Both the position numbers and the translations under genes were made by a program. Below are positions 37,714 to 45,274 of a DNA stretch of 64,000 bases, one piece after another. The stretch is from Thermodesulfovibrionales bacterium (GTDB lineage Bacteria > Nitrospirota > Thermodesulfovibrionia > Thermodesulfovibrionales > UBA6898), in contig JBIOIY010000002.1 of the NCBI GenBank assembly GCA_044450345.1, positions 1 to 64,000 of the forward strand, given 5' to 3'. The notes below the pieces were generated by a model, which saw only the letters and a program-made list of their open reading frames with translations, was not told the DNA's origin and did no database searches. The first letter of the stretch is position 1. Every line of letters begins with the position of its first letter.

Positions 37714-38001
37714 CTACACCCCTATGGGCCAGTAAACGTCATCATGCCTTCCGATATCAACCGGAATTATCTCATTTTCGGTTATTACGAATGCGATGAC
37801 GATCCTGTAGGCGAAGTTTATGGAGACCGCGTGTTTACCGAGAAACTTTCCCTTCAGTTTGTGCAATCTTAGAGCGGGATGGGCCGGATTTGCTTCGAGG
37901 AGTTTCAGTATCTTCTTGTATCGTTCTACCAGTTCGGGATGTTTCTTTATGAACGCCGCTTCCCGTCTCTGGTAGCTTTCGGTGAAGACGAGCCGGTACA
38001 C
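37714..38001 (-). CDS. Type II toxin, RelE/ParE superfamily
   Basis: NPAHPALRLHKLKG...SINFAYRI...DIGRHDDVY; start overlaps the antitoxin stop. Confidence 0.88.
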   Translation of the reverse strand: MYRLVFTESYQRREAAFIKKHPELVERYKKILKLLEANPAHPALRLHKLKGKFLGKHAVSINFAYRIVIAFVITENEIIPVDIGRHDDVYWPIGV

Positions 38002-38249
38002 TAAATGCCGATCCTCTTGAAGTGTTTTTCGGCGGTCTCAACGACGAAGCGGCCTTTCTTATAGTCCTCCTCCGCCTCGCGGACGGCCATTTCAAGGTCG
38101 GCCTCTTTCAGGCGCTCGTATTCCTCGATCGGCAGCAAAACAAAGCGGCTCTTGCCCCGGACGGAGATGAAGATTTCCTTGTATTTCCGCAGAAGACCCT
38201 CCAGATATGATATCCCTTTTGTCTTCAACTCGTTCGCAGTAACGATCAT
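38001..38249 (-). CDS. Type II antitoxin, Phd/YefM family
   Basis: VTANELKTKG...IFISVRGKSRFVLLPIEEYERL; GGAGGT SD before ATG 38249. Confidence 0.88.
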   Translation of the reverse strand: MIVTANELKTKGISYLEGLLRKYKEIFISVRGKSRFVLLPIEEYERLKEADLEMAVREAEEDYKKGRFVVETAEKHFKRIGI

Positions 38250-38268
38250 GTCTTTTACCTCCCTAGCA

Positions 38269-38290
38269 ATAGTACTCTTAAAAGTATTAT
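38269..38290. promoter_or_regulatory. Probable antitoxin operator
   Basis: ATAGTACT-CTTAAA-AGTATTAT inverted repeat just upstream of the antitoxin SD. Confidence 0.5.
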
Positions 38291-38474
38291 ATATAGTTCT
38301 CTGAAAAATGCCAAATGAAAACGACATCATGGGAATACAGCATACATGGTTGACCTCAATAAGACAGGATGATAAAGAAATACAGCTTCAGGAGTCCCGG
38401 ACCTCCTTCGAACGGTTGAAAATGACCATAAATAATGCTACTATTTCTATGTATAACTTTCATGGAGGTTTGTC

Positions 38475-38684
38475 ATGTCAAGAACTACCATAACCCTTCC
38501 CGGGGACCTCGTAGACGAACTGATGTCCGAGGTGAAGGCAAAGAGCAAGACCGAGGCCGTGATCAGGGCAGTCAAGGATGAAATACGGGCGCTGAAAAAG
38601 GAAAAGATAAAGGCCATGGCCGGTAAGATGGAATTTACCAAATCGGCCGAGGAACTGAGGCACAAGGACAGGCGTCTTGGATAA
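38475..38684 (+). CDS. vapB: VapB-type (RHH) antitoxin
   Basis: MSRTTITLPGDLVDELM...SKTEAV; GGAGG SD; overlaps the PIN gene. Confidence 0.8.
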   Translation: MSRTTITLPGDLVDELMSEVKAKSKTEAVIRAVKDEIRALKKEKIKAMAGKMEFTKSAEELRHKDRRLG

Positions 38685-39069
38685 GGTTTTGGTCGATACA
38701 TCGGCCTGGATAGAGTTCTTCCGGAAGAAAGAACCTTATTACAAGATCATTTCGGATTTAATGGAGCATGATAAGGTCTGTTGTATAGGGATCGTTATTG
38801 CGGAACTCCTGCAAGGGGCAAAATCAGGCAAGGAACTGAGCACGTTAAAGGAGTTCGTCCATGTCTTCGATCTGCTGCCTGAGACGGCGGCCCTATGGCA
38901 GAGGGCAGGGGAATTGTCCTTCAACTTAAAGAAAAAAGGCGTGTCTGTGGGACTGTCGGACTGCTATATCGCATCCATTGCAGAAGCGGCAGATATCAGG
39001 CTTCTCACCCTGGACAAACACTTCTCTTCCATCGTCGGGGAGACCGGGCTGAATTTGTATAAGGTCTAA
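38677..39069 (+). CDS. vapC: VapC PIN-domain toxin
   Basis: VLVDTSAWIEFF, AELLQG, SDCYIA and TLDKHF acidic PIN motifs. Confidence 0.92.
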   Translation: MDKVLVDTSAWIEFFRKKEPYYKIISDLMEHDKVCCIGIVIAELLQGAKSGKELSTLKEFVHVFDLLPETAALWQRAGELSFNLKKKGVSVGLSDCYIASIAEAADIRLLTLDKHFSSIVGETGLNLYKV

Positions 39070-39104
39070 CTTTTGTTTCTTTTGTCGACCTGATAAACTA
39101 CCGG

Positions 39105-39884
39105 ATGGATGAGTGGAAGAAAAACGTCTATTTTGTCCTTGTGGAACCGAAGGAAGCCGGCAATATCGGCGCGTCGGCGAGGGCGATAAAGAACATGGGG
39201 TTCGGAAACCTTTGTCTCGTTAAGCCGCCTCCTGAGATGTCTGAAGAGGGGAGATGGTTCGCCCGCAACGCCCATGACGTTCTCGATGCCGCGGAGGTCT
39301 ATGATTCCGTTGGGGAGGCGATAAAGGACAAGGCGTTAGTCGTTGGGACGACGAGAAGGAAGGGGAAGAGGCGCGGCGTGATATTGCCGGTAGAAAAAGG
39401 GGTGACAAGGGTCTGCGACATAGCCGCGGACAATAAGGTCGCCATCCTCTTCGGCAGGGAGGCGAGGGGTCTTTTTAACGAAGAGGTCGAGGAATGCGGC
39501 TTTATGCTCAACATCCCAAGCAGTAAGATCCAGCCTTCTTTGAACCTGGCCCAGGCCGTCTTGCTCACCGCATACGAACTTTCGAAATGCGGATATGGGA
39601 CTGAGGACGCGCGGTGCGACATCGGAAAAAAGAAATTGAACAACTGGACCCTGAAAGGGGACCTTGCGGGCCATGGAGAGGTCGATCCGTTATATGCGAG
39701 GATCTCGGGCGTGCTGGAGCTGCTCGATTACATCCCGAGGGGTGACAGGAACCTGAGAGAAAAAATCATCACGAACCTGAAGCATTTTATCGGAAGGGCA
39801 GGACTTACCGAGTGGGAGCTGAACATGCTCCACGGCATATGCACCCAGATCGAAAAAAAGGTGCCGAAGAGGTCGGGAAGTTAA
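39105..39884 (+). CDS. trmJ: TrmJ/LasT family SPOUT RNA methyltransferase
   Basis: GNIGASARAIKNMG, LFGRE and SLNLAQAV motifs. Confidence 0.88.
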   Translation: MDEWKKNVYFVLVEPKEAGNIGASARAIKNMGFGNLCLVKPPPEMSEEGRWFARNAHDVLDAAEVYDSVGEAIKDKALVVGTTRRKGKRRGVILPVEKGVTRVCDIAADNKVAILFGREARGLFNEEVEECGFMLNIPSSKIQPSLNLAQAVLLTAYELSKCGYGTEDARCDIGKKKLNNWTLKGDLAGHGEVDPLYARISGVLELLDYIPRGDRNLREKIITNLKHFIGRAGLTEWELNMLHGICTQIEKKVPKRSGS

Positions 39885-39896
39885 TAGAGGAACTTC

Positions 39897-41438
39897 GTGA
39901 ATAAGTGGAGTAAATGGATCATCGCCCTGACAGTCATGCTTCCGACGCTGATCGAGATCATCGACACCTCCGTGGTGAACGTGTCGCTCGATCATATCAG
40001 GGGCAGTCTGTCGGCCGGCATCGACGAGTCTACCTGGACGATTACCTCTTATCTTGTCTCAAACGCGATCATCATTCCTATGACCGGTTGGTTGAGCAGG
40101 CTCTTCGGCAGAAAGCGGTACCTCGTCATTTCAGTAACGCTCTTTACCATTAGCTCTTTCCTCTGCGGTATGGCATGGAACCTCCAGAGCCTTGTTATTT
40201 TCAGGATACTTCAGGGCGTAGGCGGCGGCGCCCTCCAGCCGATATCACAATCCATATTGCTCGAGACCTTTCCCCGAAAACAGCACGGCATGGCGATGGC
40301 CCTTTTCGGGGTCGGAATAATGTTCGGCCCTATTATCGGGCCGGTACTGGGAGGCTGGATCACTGACAACTGGTCGTGGCACTGGATATTCTTCATAAAC
40401 ATCCCGATCGGGATCGTTTCGGTCCTTATGATACTTTTATTCATACAAGACCCGCCCTATATGCAGCGGATGAAGATGAAGATCGATTACTGGGGACTTG
40501 CGCTTCTGAGTGTCGGGCTGGGCTGTCTGCAGATAGTCCTCGACAAAGGCCAGAGAGACGACTGGTTTTCTTCGGAATATATAACGGTTCTGACCCTTAT
40601 TTCTGTCATTTCCCTATTCCTTTTTGTGATTGTAGAGCGCTTTTTCGCCGAGCATCCCATAGTAAACTTCAAGACCTTCAGGAACCTCTCCTTCAGTACA
40701 GGCAACGCCGTGATGTTTTTTGCCTTCTTCAACCTCTTCGGCAGCATCGTGCTGCTTCCGATATACCTGCAGACCCTTATGGGATACAGCTCCACTTTAG
40801 CGGGAATGGTGCTCGGCCCCGGGGGTATTGCTACATTGATCGCAATGCCGATCGCCGGCAGGCTTGTGACGAGGGTGAACCCCAAGGCACTCCTTGCCTT
40901 CGGCATTATAGTTGCCGCGTATTCAACGCACCTTATGTCTCAGTTCAGCCTCCAGGCAGATTTCAACACGGTCATCTGGCCGAGAATAGTCCTCGGCGTC
41001 GGCATGGGGTTCCTCTTTATCCCTCTGACGACGATGACGATGTCGAGCATCAAAAAGGAGGACATGGGAAATGCATCTGCCATATACAATCTCCTTCGGA
41101 ACCTCGGGGGGAGTTTCGGCGTCGCCTTTGTCACGACGATCATCGCCAGAGGCGCCCAGACGCACCAGGCGCATCTGGTGGAGCATGTTACGCCCTTCGA
41201 CAGGGGCTACCAGATGGCAGCTTCACAGGCGGCGCATGCGCTGAAGTACTCGGGAATAAATCCCGCCGTTACAGACAGCGCAGGGCCGGGTATGATATAC
41301 GGGCAGCTCCTTCGCCAGGCGTCGATGCTTTCTTTTAATGAAGCATTCCACCTCCTCAGCATCTTCATGATCCTGATACTGCCGCTCGTTTTTCTTATGA
41401 AGAAAGCGAAGGCCGAGACGCAACCCGGGATGCATTAG
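39897..41438 (+). CDS. emrB: EmrB/DHA2 family MFS efflux permease
   Basis: EIIDTSVVNV, WTITSYLVSNAI, GPVLGGWITDNWSWHWIFFINIPIG and RNLGGSFG motifs. Confidence 0.92.
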   Translation: MNKWSKWIIALTVMLPTLIEIIDTSVVNVSLDHIRGSLSAGIDESTWTITSYLVSNAIIIPMTGWLSRLFGRKRYLVISVTLFTISSFLCGMAWNLQSLVIFRILQGVGGGALQPISQSILLETFPRKQHGMAMALFGVGIMFGPIIGPVLGGWITDNWSWHWIFFINIPIGIVSVLMILLFIQDPPYMQRMKMKIDYWGLALLSVGLGCLQIVLDKGQRDDWFSSEYITVLTLISVISLFLFVIVERFFAEHPIVNFKTFRNLSFSTGNAVMFFAFFNLFGSIVLLPIYLQTLMGYSSTLAGMVLGPGGIATLIAMPIAGRLVTRVNPKALLAFGIIVAAYSTHLMSQFSLQADFNTVIWPRIVLGVGMGFLFIPLTTMTMSSIKKEDMGNASAIYNLLRNLGGSFGVAFVTTIIARGAQTHQAHLVEHVTPFDRGYQMAASQAAHALKYSGINPAVTDSAGPGMIYGQLLRQASMLSFNEAFHLLSIFMILILPLVFLMKKAKAETQPGMH

Positions 41439-41452
41439 GCACGGATAATTTA

Positions 41453-41566
41453 CAAACAGGAGAAGACCATCTTTTTTTTCTCCAGGGAATCCGTCTGTGA
41501 CGGACGCTCATTATCGGTCCCGAAGGCTTTCGGGAAAGCCGCTCAAAGACAGTCCTCTCCTGTTTG
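41453..41566. repeat. Fold-back element family A, copy 1 (3' of emrB)
   Basis: Arms CAAACAGGAGAAGACCATCTTT / AAAGACAGTCCTCTCCTGTTTG (19/22 complementary); shared core CGCTCATT...AAGCCGCTCAAA. Confidence 0.75.
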
Positions 41567-41596
41567 ATTAAGAGGTAATATATCGTGACATTTGTT

Positions 41597-41625
41597 TTGA
41601 CATTTACTTTGAGAATATGTATCAT
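41597..41625 (+). promoter_or_regulatory. Sigma70 promoter of csp
   Basis: TTGACA-17-TATCAT. Confidence 0.6.
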
Positions 41626-41659
41626 CATCATGAAGTTTAAGGAGTTTTTGTTTCTGAAG

Positions 41660-41695
41660 AGGCCGCAAAGACTTTTAGCTTTGTGGCCTTTTTTG
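41660..41695 (+). terminator. Terminator-like hairpin inside the csp 5' leader
   Basis: AGGCCGCAAAG-loop-CTTTGTGGCCT followed by a T run, between the promoter and the csp SD. Confidence 0.6.
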
Positions 41696-41752
41696 TTGAG
41701 GCGGTGCAGTCACATCCCGAGACTTTAGTTTATACGTAAGGAGGATACCGAT

Positions 41753-41953
41753 ATGGCGAACGGAACAGTGAAGTGGTTCAACGAGTCAAAGGGTTTTGGC
41801 TTCATCACCACGGAAGACAGCGGCGATGTATTCGTCCACTATTCCGCCATCCAGAGCAACGGGTTTAAGTCCCTTGCCGAGGGTGATGCGGTCAGCTTCG
41901 ACATTGAAAAGGGCCCCAAGGGTCCCAAGGCAATAAATGTAACGAAGGTCTAG
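41753..41953 (+). CDS. csp: Cold-shock protein
   Basis: [15 protein letters not shown] and DVFVHYSAI (RNP1/RNP2); AAGGAGG SD. Confidence 0.97.
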   Translation: MANGTVKWFNESKGFGFITTEDSGDVFVHYSAIQSNGFKSLAEGDAVSFDIEKGPKGPKAINVTKV

Positions 41954-41973
41954 TCGGCTTCACTCAATTGAAG

Positions 41974-42005
41974 AAAAAAGTCCCCCTGCGAAGGGGGATT
42001 TTTTT
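41974..42005 (+). terminator. Intrinsic terminator after csp
   Basis: AAAAAAGTCCCCCT-GCGA-AGGGGGATTTTTTT. Confidence 0.85.
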
Positions 42006-42052
42006 GTCTTCCCGTCCTAAGTAAATCATCAAAGTTCTCGTTTTACACATTA

Positions 42053-42186
42053 TGACGGAGGGACTGTCTTTTCGCTCATTCCCTGCCTGCCAGCAGGCAG
42101 GTCGCTTCGCTCCGAGGCAATTTCTCGCCTCGCCTGCGGCAGGCAATACGAGAAATTGAAGCCGCTCAAAGACAGCCCCTCCATTA
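42053..42186. repeat. Fold-back element family A, copy 2 (3' of csp)
   Basis: Arms TGACGGAGGGACTGTCTTT / AAAGACAGCCCCTCCATTA; internal CAATTTCTCG..CGAGAAATTG stem; nested CCTGCCTGCCAGCAGGCAGG. Confidence 0.85.
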
Positions 42187-42222
42187 CGGCTGAATAATAT
42201 GTTAGGTGAGGCGGCCTGGTGT

Positions 42223-42244
42223 CTCGGAGCGAAGAAATGAGCGA
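42223..42244 (-). repeat. Inverted partial core of family A without a nested palindrome
   Basis: Reverse complement TCGCTCATTTCTTCGCTCCGAG matches the core of copies 2 and 3. Confidence 0.6.
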
Positions 42245-42355
42245 GAATGCGGATCCGTTGACTTTTTCCTCAGGATTATTCTATAAAGAATAAGGGCCGG
42301 CATCATTCACGGCCCTTCGCAGTGAAATCTTGTTACTACTATTGTGAGGTGTGAT

Positions 42356-44293
42356 ATGACTGTTCAGAAATTCGAATTTAAGACGGAAGTAAAAGAGCTT
42401 CTCAACCTGATGATCCATTCCCTCTATTCCCATAAGGAGATCTTCGTCCGTGAACTTATCTCTAACGCCTCGGATGCTATTGACAAGGCGCGTTATGAGT
42501 CGCTTACAAAGAGCGATATCATCGATAACGCCGGTCCCTGGAAGATCATGATAAAAAGAGACAAGGCCGCGGGCACGCTGACTGTGAGCGATAACGGCAT
42601 CGGCATGACAATGGATGAGATAGTCGATGCCCTCGGCACTATCGCCCATTCCGGAACTACGGACTTTCTCAAGGCGCTGCACGACAAGGACGTCAAAGAC
42701 CTGCCTACCGGACAGGCAGGCAAGCCCGACCTCATAGGACAGTTCGGCGTCGGTTTTTATTCGTCTTTTATGGTGGCCGACACGGTGACGGTCATTTCGA
42801 GAAAGGCCGGTACAACGGATAAAAAGGCGGTCTCTTGGCAATCCGCTGCGGACGGTTCCTTTGAAGTCGGAGTTGCCGAGAAAGAAACGGTCGGCACGGA
42901 CGTTGTGCTGTATCTTAAAGAGGAGGAAAAGAAATACCTCGAAGAATGGGAGTTGAGGACCGTCATCAAGAAATACTCCGACTACATCGAATACCCGATC
43001 GTCATGGAGGTGGAAAGGGAAAAGGAGGATGAAAAGGAGAAGGGCAAAAAGGTCAATGTGACCGAGGAGGAGAGGGTCAACTCGGGAAAGGCGATATGGC
43101 TGAAAGATAAGTCCGAGGTTCAGGACGACGAATATAAGGAATTTTACCGGCATATCTCTCATGATTTCGGCGACCCTGCGAAGGTCATCCATTATAAGGC
43201 GGAGGGGACCTCGGAGTTTACCGCCCTTCTTTATGTACCGGCCAAGGCGCCTTTCGGGATGTTTTATAAGGATTACAAGATCGGCCCGTCCCTTTATGTA
43301 AAAAGGGTGCAGATTATGGACCATTGTGAACAGCTTGTTCCGGAATACCTCCGGTTTGTGAAAGGTGTGGTCGATTCGTCGGACCTTCCCCTGAACGTGT
43401 CGAGGGAGATACTCCAGAACAACAGGCATGTGGAGATCATAAAAAAAAATATCGTCAAGAAGGTGCTCGATGGCCTCGCCGATATGAAAAAGAATGAATA
43501 CGTTCAGTATGTCGATTTTTATAAAGAGTTCGGCAGGGTCCTGAAGGAGGGTATCCATTACGATCTGTCAAAAAAAGAACAGATATCAGATCTTCTCCTT
43601 TTTCCCTCCACAAAGACCGGGGCGGATACATTCACGACCCTTCAGGATTACGTGAGCGGGATGCCGGAGGGCCAGGAGAGCATCTATTATATTACCGGAA
43701 GGACATACGAGGAAGCCTCCAAGTCCCCCTATCTTGAGGCATTCAGAGACAAGGAGTACGAGGTGCTGATCATGCTGGACGAGATCGATGATTTTATTAT
43801 GGGCGGCCTCCTTGAGTACAAAGGCAAGAAATTGAGGTCTGTGGTCAAAGGCGACATCGATCTCGATAAGGACGGCACTTCCGCGAAGGAAAAGGTGAAA
43901 GGCGAATTCGAGAAACTGATCGAGTTCATCAGGGAGATGCTGCGGGACGATGTCAAGGACGTACGCCTCTCCGGAAGGCTGAAGGACTCGGCCTGCTGTC
44001 TTGTTACGGAAGAGGGCGGACTCGACCCCAACATGGAAAAAATCCTGAAGGCGATGGGGCAGGAGGTCCCTTCTACGAAGAGGATCCTCGAAATAAACCC
44101 TTCACATCCGCTCCTTGAAACCATGAAAGGAGTTCTGGAGAAAGAGGGGAGGGCGCCCGTGCTGAAGGAATTCGCAGAACTCCTCTATAACCAGGCATTG
44201 CTGCTCGAAGGATCACGGCCGAAAGACCCTGCAGCATTTGTTAAGTCTGTTGCAAAACTGATGGTCGATAACGCAAAACAAAAGACCGGCTGA
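42356..44293 (+). CDS. htpG: Molecular chaperone HtpG (Hsp90)
   Basis: MIHSLYSHKEIFVRELISNASDA, DNGIGM, IGQFGVGFYS and DLPLNVSRE motifs; GAGGTG SD before ATG 42356. Confidence 0.97.
   Translation: MTVQKFEFKTEVKELLNLMIHSLYSHKEIFVRELISNASDAIDKARYESLTKSDIIDNAGPWKIMIKRDKAAGTLTVSDNGIGMTMDEIVDALGTIAHSGTTDFLKALHDKDVKDLPTGQAGKPDLIGQFGVGFYSSFMVADTVTVISRKAGTTDKKAVSWQSAADGSFEVGVAEKETVGTDVVLYLKEEEKKYLEEWELRTVIKKYSDYIEYPIVMEVEREKEDEKEKGKKVNVTEEERVNSGKAIWLKDKSEVQDDEYKEFYRHISHDFGDPAKVIHYKAEGTSEFTALLYVPAKAPFGMFYKDYKIGPSLYVKRVQIMDHCEQLVPEYLRFVKGVVDSSDLPLNVSREILQNNRHVEIIKKNIVKKVLDGLADMKKNEYVQYVDFYKEFGRVLKEGIHYDLSKKEQISDLLLFPSTKTGADTFTTLQDYVSGMPEGQESIYYITGRTYEEASKSPYLEAFRDKEYEVLIMLDEIDDFIMGGLLEYKGKKLRSVVKGDIDLDKDGTSAKEKVKGEFEKLIEFIREMLRDDVKDVRLSGRLKDSACCLVTEEGGLDPNMEKILKAMGQEVPSTKRILEINPSHPLLETMKGVLEKEGRAPVLKEFAELLYNQALLLEGSRPKDPAAFVKSVAKLMVDNAKQKTG
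42700..42720. repeat. 21-nt mini-palindrome inserted in frame in htpG
   Basis: CCTGCCT-ACCGGAC-AGGCAGG; near-identical to 42082-42101. Confidence 0.75.
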
Positions 44294-44311
44294 AATTCTG
44301 ATTTCGAAAAC

Positions 44312-44436
44312 ACACCGTACGGGACTGTTTTTCGCTCATTCTCGTCCCGAGAAAGTCGGGACTCCGAGGCAATTTCTCGCCTCGCCCGCGGGCGATACGA
44401 GAAATTGAAGCCGCTCAAAACAGTCCCGCACGGTGT
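44312..44436. repeat. Fold-back element family A, copy 3 (3' of htpG)
   Basis: Arms ACACCGTACGGGACTGTTTT / AAAACAGTCCCGCACGGTGT (19/20); core colinear with copy 2; nested GTCCCGAGAAAGTCGGGAC. Confidence 0.85.
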
Positions 44437-44460
44437 CAATTAGGCTAAAAAGTGCGGTTC

Positions 44461-44650
44461 CGGCCAATGCAGGAGCATGTGGAGAAAATCTTTATCTGTT
44501 CTCCCCGGCGAATCCGCTGAGGCGGACGCCACCTTTGTAAGGACATCATGCACTTTCGTGGACACATATTTTCATGACTGAGGCTTATACTCCTGATCAG
44601 CAAATTGCGACATTATAAAGTTTTTCGGAGCATGTTCCTGCATTAACCGT
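44461..44650. repeat. About 190-nt element with roughly 35 bp imperfect terminal inverted repeats
   Basis: CGGCCAATGCAGGAGCATGT..GAAAATCTTTAT versus ATAAAGTTTTTC..GCATGTTCCTGCATTAACCG. Confidence 0.55.
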
Positions 44651-44689
44651 TTTTTTGGGTAAATATCTTAGAGATGGTAAATTCAGCAT

Positions 44690-45274
44690 TTATAGGACAT
44701 GAACGCCGAATTTTTTAAGGGCCTCCACCAGGGAACTCAGGGGTAGGCCGATGACATTGAAATAATCCCCCTCGATCCTATCGATGATTAGAGAGCCCAG
44801 GCCCTGAATCGCATAGGCGCCGGCCTTGTCGAGGGGTTCTCCTGCCTTCACGTAAGACGCCAGCTCCTGTTTCGTCAATTTTCTGAACCATACCTTTGTC
44901 TCGACCGACCTTGAAAGAGTCTTACGGGACGCGGTATCTATGATCGTAAACCCGGTGATTACAGAATGGGACTGCCCGTTCAGAAGGCCGAGCATCCGCA
45001 TCGCGTCTTCTTTAGAAGAGGGTTTTCCAAGAAGAATGTCCCCGAATACTATAAATGTATCTGCGGCAATAATCAGCGCATTCCTGTATTTTTTCGCGAC
45101 CGCTTTTGCCTTTTTGCAGGAGAGCCGTCGGGCCAGAAGACGGGGGTCGACGCCGGGGACGAGAACCTCCTCATAATCGCTCGCTTCGACAGTAAAAGTC
45201 AGCCCTGTCAGGGAAAGCAATTCCCTCCTCCTTGGAGAAGAGGACGCCAGCACTATCTTCCTGCTGTCAGACAT
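44690..45274 (-). CDS. maf: Maf family nucleotide pyrophosphatase
   Basis: LASSSPRRRELL, IAADT, GKP and DKAGAYAIQG motifs. Confidence 0.95.
   Translation of the reverse strand: MSDSRKIVLASSSPRRRELLSLTGLTFTVEASDYEEVLVPGVDPRLLARRLSCKKAKAVAKKYRNALIIAADTFIVFGDILLGKPSSKEDAMRMLGLLNGQSHSVITGFTIIDTASRKTLSRSVETKVWFRKLTKQELASYVKAGEPLDKAGAYAIQGLGSLIIDRIEGDYFNVIGLPLSSLVEALKKFGVHVL

Noticed and set aside
39585..39619. Weak 7-nt periodicity in the TrmJ linker
   Set aside because: Units are too degenerate to distinguish from chance by eye.
42281..43558. 425-aa ORF antisense to htpG, and similar long antisense or alternate-frame ORFs (2974-3831, 10657-11499, 29250-30209, 40376-41338)
   Set aside because: They fully overlap well-supported genes and have no motifs; typical shadow ORFs caused by codon bias.
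41453..44436. CRISPR or integron interpretation of the repeated elements
   Set aside because: No regular repeat-spacer period, no cas or integrase gene, no attC-type ends, and the flanked genes are housekeeping genes.
44461..44650. 6S RNA interpretation of the 190-nt fold-back
   Set aside because: Size fits, but no recognisable 6S central-bubble motif; kept only as an unclassified element.
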